A stretch of DNA of 48,572 bases, from contig CAYPYS010000001.1 of NCBI GenBank assembly GCA_964415355.1, positions 95,161-143,732 of the forward strand, given 5' to 3'. Below, piece after piece: positions 7,599 to 14,496 of the stretch; the stretch's first letter is position 1, and each line of letters begins with the position of its first letter. The position numbers and the translations under genes were made by a program. The notes under the pieces are model-generated. The model had not been told where the DNA came from, searched no databases, and was given only the letters and a program-made list of their open reading frames with translations. This stretch comes from an uncultured Planctomycetia bacterium (lineage in GTDB: Bacteria; Omnitrophota; Gorgyraeia; Gorgyraeales; Gorgyraeaceae).

Positions 7599-7635
7599 TA
7601 AGTTTACACTTTAACATTGTTGAAATGTATACTTA
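7599..7635 (-). repeat. Palindromic intergenic repeat R5 (B, variant)
   Basis: TAAGTTTACACTTTAACATTGTTGAAATGTATACTTA. Exact reverse complement of R18. Contains the stop of the PilZ gene. Confidence 0.95.
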
Positions 7636-9642
7636 GTCGATAGGGAACATCAATGGATTGTAATTATGCATGGCGAAAATCGTGTATGCAGTGCCGGCGG
7701 CTGACCCTGTCCTCGAGCCCTTTGCTATCCTCCAGCCGTGACCAGTATCGACATTGTCCTGCGAGGCATAAGGAAGGCACCCCTCGCCCTGACCTACCCG
7801 AGAAGGACTGACGATCATCATTTTCTGAAGTTCGGAAAGATAAAAATCCGCCTTTATCTTATAATAATCTGCTTTTATGGTGTCTCCTATCGACTCGCTG
7901 TACCCTGCCATCATATTCAACGACACCACCATCTGCGCTGTCCACTCTGTTGAAACAACCCCGCCTCTTGCCAAGTTCGTATTTTTTCCAAAATCAAAAC
8001 CTGTTATCTTCAGATGCTCGCCGTCAGGCCTTTTATAAGTAACATTGACATGACAATTCTCCTCTGCGAAATCCATAATCTGTCCCGGATCCATGCCTGA
8101 CTCTTTGAGGGTCTTCGGCCCGATAGCCGCAATGGCCCACGCGAACGTATCTGTCGCAATAGTGGCATCGCCCTTCCCCCTATTAAGCCTATTTTCTTTA
8201 TTATTATAGGCGTGATCCTTGATCCATTTCAATGTCCTGCCCTGAGCTGACCTGTATTTATTGTCTTTTGTCACTTCGTACAGCATCCCAAAAAATGCAT
8301 AGGCATCCAGATTATGTTCGGTGCTGAACCATGAAAACTTTGGCCCGCCTCTTATCCCAAACTGCGCATCTTCTTCCTGCAATAAAATCAGCCAGTCAGC
8401 TATGTCTTTTGCGACCGAAAGATATTGCTCATCCTTAAACTTATCAGTGTATTGCAAGACAGCCAGGCCGATCCAAATATTGGGCCCGCTGTGAACAGCA
8501 TATTCCACAACCTTCCCGGTATACGCGTCATAACCATTGACATAGCCGCCTTTTACCTTTTCAGCCTTGTCCTTATAAAAATCCAATATCTTTTGCGCGT
8601 TCTCCTGGTCACCCATCAAGGTGAAACACTGGGCTGCCAGAGACTGGTCATAAGTAAACGCCCAATCCTCGATATCCTTATCGCCCTCGAAACTCACCAC
8701 CAGCCCTGTCAAAAAATTCTGGTGATTCTTGATCCATCTATACATGCTCAATACGCCTCTTTCCTCTATTTCTGTAAAAGAAGGCAGAAACTCTTTTAAG
8801 GCGTCCTTCGCTGAAATCCTTTTCTGCGAAAGCCTGGTTACTTTATCTTTCAAATCAGATGTCTCGTTCGACAAGATATTTACCTTTTTCAGAAGCCTTG
8901 CTTTTTCAAGAAGCGCTTCCTTGAGTCTTTTCTTAGTAACCCCTCTATCCTGTTCGAAGTATTCGAGTATCTTATCTTTTCTCTTGAGTTCAGCACTTAG
9001 CGCCTTCAGTTCATTGACTTTTCCCCAGTATTCCTTGATCATCTTCTCGTTCTCTAAAATCTCTTCTTCCAGGGCCTCACGCTCGCTGCCGGACTCGATA
9101 ATACTATGTTCGAGCTCAGACTTCTTCTGAGAGAGCTCCACGAGCTCACGGACCAGCCGGACATTTTCCCTTCTCAGTTTAAAATCAGAGCTATAAAAAA
9201 AGGCAAGGCCTGTTATTAGGAATAAAACCAGGATCGAAACGATCTTCGGGGTCAAAGATATCCTTCGAGCGTGAAAATAGATCTTTTTCCTGGCCCTTGG
9301 GTCTATCTCTAAAAATGAAAGGCCGATGAGATATTTATTAGGATAGCTTCCTTTTATTTTTTTATACCAGGCAATGCCGGCTATAGCCTTTGTTCCTCTA
9401 TGGCTTAGCGGGATATTAAGATTCAGTTCTAGTTTAGCCTTTTGTTCGGCTACGATGTCTTCAAATTTCTCTTCCAGATTATTGACCTCTAAGCAGATAC
9501 CGCCCTTGCCCACGTCCCTCGTAAAACCCTGCTTGACCTCGCCAATTACTTCTCCTGTTGCCTGGTCTAAAAATTGAAATTCGACAGGGAACACAGCATG
9601 CAGCCTGATATATTTTCTCTGTTCAATATTTTTATTTTTCAT
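7633..9642 (-). CDS. PilZ domain - TM helix - coiled coil - (alpha/alpha)6-like C-terminal domain protein
   Basis: N-terminal RxxxR (QRKYIR) and D.G..G (RDVGKGGI) PilZ motifs. TM segment SILVLFLITGLAFFY. Long heptad-like E/K-rich segment. The C-terminal 350 aa have the look of a six-hairpin glycosidase-like fold. Stop codon lies in repeat R5. Confidence 0.7.
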   Translation of the reverse strand: MKNKNIEQRKYIRLHAVFPVEFQFLDQATGEVIGEVKQGFTRDVGKGGICLEVNNLEEKFEDIVAEQKAKLELNLNIPLSHRGTKAIAGIAWYKKIKGSYPNKYLIGLSFLEIDPRARKKIYFHARRISLTPKIVSILVLFLITGLAFFYSSDFKLRRENVRLVRELVELSQKKSELEHSIIESGSEREALEEEILENEKMIKEYWGKVNELKALSAELKRKDKILEYFEQDRGVTKKRLKEALLEKARLLKKVNILSNETSDLKDKVTRLSQKRISAKDALKEFLPSFTEIEERGVLSMYRWIKNHQNFLTGLVVSFEGDKDIEDWAFTYDQSLAAQCFTLMGDQENAQKILDFYKDKAEKVKGGYVNGYDAYTGKVVEYAVHSGPNIWIGLAVLQYTDKFKDEQYLSVAKDIADWLILLQEEDAQFGIRGGPKFSWFSTEHNLDAYAFFGMLYEVTKDNKYRSAQGRTLKWIKDHAYNNKENRLNRGKGDATIATDTFAWAIAAIGPKTLKESGMDPGQIMDFAEENCHVNVTYKRPDGEHLKITGFDFGKNTNLARGGVVSTEWTAQMVVSLNMMAGYSESIGDTIKADYYKIKADFYLSELQKMMIVSPSRVGQGEGCLPYASQDNVDTGHGWRIAKGSRTGSAAGTAYTIFAMHNYNPLMFPID

Positions 9643-9651
9643 ACTAATAAA

Positions 9652-9680
9652 ATCTTAACAGCGCACAAACCCAATTGCAA
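9652..9680 (-). promoter_or_regulatory. sigma70-type promoter of the PilZ-domain gene
   Basis: TTGCAA-N17-TAAGAT. The -10 ends 9 nt before the ATG at 9642 and no SD is present. Confidence 0.65.
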
Positions 9681-9690
9681 GCAAAATCCT

Positions 9691-9727
9691 TAACTTTACA
9701 TTTCAACAACGTTAAAATGTAAAGTTA
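9691..9727 (+). repeat. Palindromic intergenic repeat R6 (A), between divergent promoters
   Basis: TAACTTTACATTTCAACAACGTTAAAATGTAAAGTTA. Confidence 0.95.
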
Positions 9728-9730
9728 GGC

Positions 9731-9759
9731 TTGCAATGGGGCAAGGGGTAAAGTAAAAT
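9731..9759 (+). promoter_or_regulatory. sigma70-type promoter of the pseudopilin operon
   Basis: TTGCAA-N17-TAAAAT. The -10 ends 7 nt before the ATG at 9767 and no SD is present. Confidence 0.65.
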
Positions 9760-9766
9760 ATAGAGC

Positions 9767-10177
9767 ATGAGGGCTGATTGCAAGAAAAATTCTGGTTTTA
9801 CACTGCTCGAGCTTATGATAGGCGTATGCATATTGATCGTGGGATTAGTGGCACTCATATCTGCCTATATCGGATGTTTTGCATTGAATGAAAGCGCGAG
9901 AAACCTTACTATTGCAACAAACCATGCCCAATGCGTAATGGAAGAGATCCGGGACTACAATATCCCATCCAATATCACGCAGGAAGACTGGACAGCTTGG
10001 GCGGCAGCAGATCTTCCGACTGGCGGCGGTTGCAATACCCTCGATACTGAATCGATTAATGTAACATATCCTTCGGGCACAGGCACGAACCCTTTAGAAA
10101 TCCTGGTTACAGTCAACTGGTCTGAAAAAAATAGATCGCGCAGCGTCCAGTTCTCTACGCTGCTGACAGAGCGATAA
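9767..10177 (+). CDS. Prepilin-type N-terminal cleavage/methylation domain protein (pseudopilin)
   Basis: KKNSG/FTLLELMIGVCILIVGL gives the canonical G-1, F+1, E+5 prepilin peptidase site. Confidence 0.8.
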   Translation: MRADCKKNSGFTLLELMIGVCILIVGLVALISAYIGCFALNESARNLTIATNHAQCVMEEIRDYNIPSNITQEDWTAWAAADLPTGGGCNTLDTESINVTYPSGTGTNPLEILVTVNWSEKNRSRSVQFSTLLTER

Positions 10178-10180
10178 GAG

Positions 10181-10627
10181 ATGAAAACCATTAAAGCCAT
10201 TACCTTAATCGAATTAATGATCGCGCTGGCCATATTCTCGATAATCCTCGGAGCTATCTATAGCGTATTGAATATGGGTCGGGCATCTTATTATACTGGC
10301 GATATCCAGATAGCAGTACAGCAAGAAGCGCGCAAGGCAATGGATAAGATGACCCGGGAAATACGGGAAGCCAGCTCTGTCAATCTCAGCGATGATTATC
10401 CTTTTGCAGTCGAGGCAAACCGCATAAAATACGAAGTCAATAGCGGACAGCTACAGAGAATTGTTCAGGGAGGATCGACCACTGTCTTGGCAAACGATGT
10501 TGGAAATGTTCAGTTTACTCTGATAGGCGGAGATATGGTGTATATAACATTAACAACGCAAAAAAATACTGTGCTCGGAAGAAGCTTGAGCGCTGATTTG
10601 ACCTCTCAAGTCAACCTGAGAAATTAA
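10181..10627 (+). CDS. Minor pseudopilin (PilW/GspJ-like)
   Basis: N-terminal AITLIELMIALAIFSII prepilin-like segment with E+5. Only a 3-nt gap to the upstream gene. Confidence 0.7.
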   Translation: MKTIKAITLIELMIALAIFSIILGAIYSVLNMGRASYYTGDIQIAVQQEARKAMDKMTREIREASSVNLSDDYPFAVEANRIKYEVNSGQLQRIVQGGSTTVLANDVGNVQFTLIGGDMVYITLTTQKNTVLGRSLSADLTSQVNLRN

Positions 10628-10631
10628 AACC

Positions 10632-11924
10632 ATGTTAAAGAACAAAAAAGGCATAGCCCTGATAACTGCATATATAGTCATCGCTGTCCTGACAGCGCTT
10701 GGAGCCGCGTTTATCTCCCGCAGCATAAGCGAGATGAGGGTTGCTGAACGGGCAAAAAATTCTACCCAGGCCTTCTATATTGCAGAGGCCGGCATAGACT
10801 ATGCTATTGAAGAAATGCGCAATGGCAATACGTCAGATCAGAATACTGCCACATTGAACGACAGCAACGCCACTCCCATAGGTTATTATAATGTAAACTG
10901 GCAAAGGATAGGGTCGTCTTCCACGTGGGAAATTATATCTGACGGCTTTGTAGGCGATACCCAAAGAAAGGTCACCGTGGAAGCGCTGCCAGATACATTT
11001 GCCAGATATCTGTATTTTACAGACGACGAACACTTCCGCTGGTGGTGGTGGAGAGTACCGGTATGGTTCGTAACAGGCGATAATCTGGGCGGCCCACTGC
11101 AGACAAATTCGCATTTTCATATATCTGGAGACCCTGCTTTCAGCGACCCTGACTATCATAGACCTGTTAAAAGCGTAGATGACTTCATTACATATATGAA
11201 TGGCGGATCGCCCATAAATAGCACAGCCACTTCTAATTCACCAAACGACAATCCTACATTCGAAGAGGGCCTTCAATTAGACTCAGACAGGGCCCCTTTT
11301 CCAAGCAGGGCACTCGACTTAGAAAACGCTGCTTCTCAACCAGAAGGACTTGCTCTGACTGGAGCAACGACAATAGTCCTAAACTCTGACGGAACAATGA
11401 ATGTTACTAACAACGACCGAGGGTGGTCGAATGAAAACATGTCATTGCCAGACAATGGCGCAATGTTTGTAGATAATGGCGATGTAACTATCTCAGGCAC
11501 TCTGAACGGCCAGCTCAGCATAGGGACAAGCGAAAATATAGTCGTATCTGACAATGTGACTTATAACACAGATCCTAGAGTCAATCCGACCTCCACGGAT
11601 ACCTTAGGCCTCATAGCTGAAAGAGATGTAGTGATAAGCCAGAGCGCCCCTCACGATATAGAGATCGATGCCAGCGTAATGGCGCTGGGCGAATCATTTA
11701 CAGTTGAAAACTATTGGCAGGGCCCGCCGAAAGGCACTATCAGCGTATATGGCGGGATCATTCAAGACGAACGCGGTCCCGTAGGTACCTTTAACCCCAG
11801 CACTAACAGCAAAGCCAGCGGCTACAGCAAAGATTATCAATACGATCCAAGATTGATGGCAAGTCCGCCTCCATTCTATCCTACTACAGGGGATTATGTT
11901 ATCAGCTCTTGGTCAGAGGAATAA
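10632..11924 (+). CDS. PilX-N-domain-like minor pilin/pilus tip protein
   Basis: N-terminal KKGIALITAYIVIAVLTALGAAFISRS...AFYIAEAGIDYAIEEM resembles the PilX N-terminal domain and lacks E+5. Large Asn/Ser/Thr-rich globular part. Confidence 0.55.
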   Translation: MLKNKKGIALITAYIVIAVLTALGAAFISRSISEMRVAERAKNSTQAFYIAEAGIDYAIEEMRNGNTSDQNTATLNDSNATPIGYYNVNWQRIGSSSTWEIISDGFVGDTQRKVTVEALPDTFARYLYFTDDEHFRWWWWRVPVWFVTGDNLGGPLQTNSHFHISGDPAFSDPDYHRPVKSVDDFITYMNGGSPINSTATSNSPNDNPTFEEGLQLDSDRAPFPSRALDLENAASQPEGLALTGATTIVLNSDGTMNVTNNDRGWSNENMSLPDNGAMFVDNGDVTISGTLNGQLSIGTSENIVVSDNVTYNTDPRVNPTSTDTLGLIAERDVVISQSAPHDIEIDASVMALGESFTVENYWQGPPKGTISVYGGIIQDERGPVGTFNPSTNSKASGYSKDYQYDPRLMASPPPFYPTTGDYVISSWSEE

Positions 11925-11927
11925 ACT

Positions 11928-12353
11928 ATGTCCAAAGAAAATAAAAAAATCTCTAAATTAAATATCGCTATCGGGCTCGGACTGATATTATTCGTGGTTA
12001 TACTGGTTATAAGCATAAAGGATAACAGTAAAAAATCCGATTCGCCAAAGACAAAAGAAGCAATAACAATGCAGCAGATAATCAAGCCAATGGTTAAAAA
12101 GATCGAAGAGCCTTTCCTTTTTGAAGATAAAAAAACTTCATCAAAAGAAGAGATTACCGAGAAAGTCGAAGACGAAGAACTCCCGGCAGTATCGGTAAAA
12201 GACCTCCCGTTGGACGAAATCACGGACAAAACAGAGCAAGGCAGAGAAAAATCGCCTGAAGAGATCGAAGCTCCTGCTACCCCATCCCTTCAAACACAAC
12301 CCAGCCTTGAAGACATGAAACTGATCAAGAAAAAAGGGTTTGTAATTTACTGA
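11928..12353 (+). CDS. Membrane-anchored acidic/lysine-rich hypothetical protein
   Basis: Single N-terminal TM (LNIAIGLGLILFVVILVISI) followed by a low-complexity E/K/P-rich tail. Last gene of the pseudopilin operon. Confidence 0.55.
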   Translation: MSKENKKISKLNIAIGLGLILFVVILVISIKDNSKKSDSPKTKEAITMQQIIKPMVKKIEEPFLFEDKKTSSKEEITEKVEDEELPAVSVKDLPLDEITDKTEQGREKSPEEIEAPATPSLQTQPSLEDMKLIKKKGFVIY

Positions 12354-12362
12354 TCTCGGCCC

Positions 12363-12391
12363 TTGACAACATTAGTTTTATGTGCTAATAT
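12363..12391 (+). promoter_or_regulatory. sigma70-type promoter of the marR-efflux operon
   Basis: TTGACA-N17-TAATAT. Confidence 0.7.
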
Positions 12392-12408
12392 TTAGTTAGG
12401 CTAACTAA
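12392..12408. promoter_or_regulatory. Perfect 8-1-8 palindrome at the predicted marR transcription start (candidate MarR operator)
   Basis: TTAGTTAG-G-CTAACTAA, immediately after the -10 hexamer. Confidence 0.55.
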
Positions 12409-12414
12409 TAATGC

Positions 12415-12450
12415 TAACTTTACATTTCAACAATGTTAAAAGTATACTTA
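12415..12450 (+). repeat. Palindromic intergenic repeat R7 (A, 36 nt, degenerate right arm), in the marR 5' UTR
   Basis: TAACTTTACATTTCAACAATGTTAAAAGTATACTTA. Confidence 0.9.
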
Positions 12451-12483
12451 GGCTAGCAAACCTTGACATACCAGGAGGTCTTT

Positions 12484-12918
12484 ATGGCAACCATTGATAA
12501 AATTACGCATGAAATATCCATCATGGTACCCAAGCTCATGAAGGGTGCCAAAAGCGACTTTCTCTCTAAAAGCAATATCACAAGCGCCCAGATGATAATG
12601 CTCGTATCGATCCATGATCATGGCCAATGTAAACTCAAAACCCTGGCCAGGGAACGCGGCATCTCCCCTCCTACTGCAACTGTGCTGATAGATAGACTCG
12701 TCAGGGCTGGCTATGTAAAAAGAGGGACAAGCCCGGAAGACAGGCGCGTAATCATGGCATCGCTTACAAAAAAAGGCGAAAAAAGCGTGCAGGATTTTCT
12801 AGATAACGTGCGAAACAGGTGGAAAAAAATCCTTACACACCTTACATCCAAAGAACAAGAGCAATATCTCAATATTCTCAAAAAAGTCGTATCTGTTTTA
12901 TCAGGGAAAGAAGGCTGA
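12484..12918 (+). CDS. MarR family transcriptional regulator
   Basis: Winged-helix segment LKTLARERGISPPTATVLIDRLVRAGYVKRGTSPEDRRV. ATG at 12484 is preferred over the track's TTG at 12463 because AGGAGG sits 6 nt upstream. Confidence 0.85.
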   Translation: MATIDKITHEISIMVPKLMKGAKSDFLSKSNITSAQMIMLVSIHDHGQCKLKTLARERGISPPTATVLIDRLVRAGYVKRGTSPEDRRVIMASLTKKGEKSVQDFLDNVRNRWKKILTHLTSKEQEQYLNILKKVVSVLSGKEG

Positions 12919-12923
12919 TACAA

Positions 12924-14390
12924 GTGAAGCGTCTTACAGTTCTATTTATAATAATAAGCATTGCGATCTCATCCCCTGCCCCTATATATTCCCAGGAAGC
13001 AGAAAAAACCAGCGCTCTATTTATCTCAGTAGACGACGTGAGACTGATCGCTGCAAATAATAATCTCGACATAAAACTTGCGAGATTGGATTCAAAGATA
13101 AAAGGCACTGATCTTAGTTATAAAGAAGCGGTGTTTGACACTATATTGAACGGAACCATAGACTACACTGACGACCAGAGAAAAACCGCCTCGTCTTTAT
13201 ATGGCTCAAGAACAATAACCAATAATTACAATGTCGGCATGGACAAAAAACTCAGGACAGGCACAGACGTAGAGATAGATTTTACTAATAAAAGAGAATG
13301 GTCTGATTCGACCTTTATTTCCACGAACCCTTACCATGAATCAGAAATGGCGATAAGCATCACCCAGCCAATAGCCAAGAACTTCTTCGGCCTGATCGAC
13401 CGCGGGAACATAGGGATAGTAAAACACGAAATAAAAAACGCTGAGCTCGACTCCTATATAAAGATCGAGGACGCCATAATATCCACTGAAAAGGCATATT
13501 GGAATCTGGTGCTTATTCGTGAACAGGTCAAGGCAAAAAAAGCTACATTTAAAAAATCCATTAGACTCTTTAATCAATACCGAAGAAAACTAAAGATAGG
13601 CCTCGTTGAAACAGGCGATGCACTGGCAGCCGAAGCAAATATGCACATAAGAGAAAGCGACCTCTTGCTGGTGTCAAATGATCTAAAAACAGCCGAGGAG
13701 CTTCTGAGACTAAAGTTGAATATTAAAAATGGAGTAAGGTTATATCCGAGCGATACGCTTTATGTCAATTACTTCGACGCAAGCCTAAAAAAAAGTCTAA
13801 TGACTGCCTTTAAAAATAGACGCGATTATGTGTCGAATAAAAACACCATAGAAGCCAAAAATATAAATCTTAAGATGAAATCAAATTCTCGCCTGCCTGA
13901 AATAGACCTGAAGGCGACCTTTGCGCAGAACGGCATCAGCGGGAAATATTACAGGGCGTTGAGCGACGTATTCGAAGACTCGAATCCCAAATATTATCTT
14001 GCCGTGGAGTTCGAGTACCCCCTTGAAAACAATCTGGCAAACAGCGAATATGAAAAGGCGACCCTGGAAAAAGCAAAGGCTATAATAAATCTGCAAAAAA
14101 CAGAAAGACAGATCATCCTGGATATAGACAATAGCATAAGAAACCTATATGTCAATAAAGCGAATATATCAAAAATGGAGCGCGCTGAGAATCTGCAAAA
14201 AGGAAAGCTTTTTCAGGAAGAGAAAAAATTTAAATATGGCAGGTCTGATTCTGACACTTTGATACGCTATCAAGGAGACCTCTTAAATGCAATACTCATG
14301 ACCAAAAAGGCGTATTTTGATTACAGGGTTTCTATCTTGGACGTACTGGCCGCCGAGGACAGTTTCCTGGAACACATCGGCCTGGAGTAA
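12924..14390 (+). CDS. TolC-like outer membrane efflux protein
   Basis: GTG start at 12924 gives the signal peptide VKRLTVLFIIISIAISSPAPIYSQ. Two-repeat OEP-like architecture. The track start at 12819 overlaps marR and is rejected. Confidence 0.8.
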   Translation: MKRLTVLFIIISIAISSPAPIYSQEAEKTSALFISVDDVRLIAANNNLDIKLARLDSKIKGTDLSYKEAVFDTILNGTIDYTDDQRKTASSLYGSRTITNNYNVGMDKKLRTGTDVEIDFTNKREWSDSTFISTNPYHESEMAISITQPIAKNFFGLIDRGNIGIVKHEIKNAELDSYIKIEDAIISTEKAYWNLVLIREQVKAKKATFKKSIRLFNQYRRKLKIGLVETGDALAAEANMHIRESDLLLVSNDLKTAEELLRLKLNIKNGVRLYPSDTLYVNYFDASLKKSLMTAFKNRRDYVSNKNTIEAKNINLKMKSNSRLPEIDLKATFAQNGISGKYYRALSDVFEDSNPKYYLAVEFEYPLENNLANSEYEKATLEKAKAIINLQKTERQIILDIDNSIRNLYVNKANISKMERAENLQKGKLFQEEKKFKYGRSDSDTLIRYQGDLLNAILMTKKAYFDYRVSILDVLAAEDSFLEHIGLE

Positions 14391-14407
14391 CTGCGGATTT
14401 AAGTGCC

Positions 14408-14459
14408 ATCCCCGCGAAAGCGGGGATCTAAAGCAGTGGATTCCCGTTTACACGGGAAT
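14408..14459. repeat. Pair of GC-rich stem-loops in the tolC-like/RND spacer (a different element from the main repeat)
   Basis: ATCCCCGC-GAAA-GCGGGGAT (14408-14427) and ATTCCCG-TTTACA-CGGGAAT (14440-14459). Confidence 0.8.
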
Positions 14460-14496
14460 GACATTACATCTTAAGCCAAACAAGGGGTAATATCTT

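Noticed and set aside
12819-12923. Long N-terminal extension of the TolC-like ORF overlapping marR
   Set aside because: The extension lies in an alternative frame of marR. A GTG at 12924 gives a typical signal peptide immediately after the marR stop.
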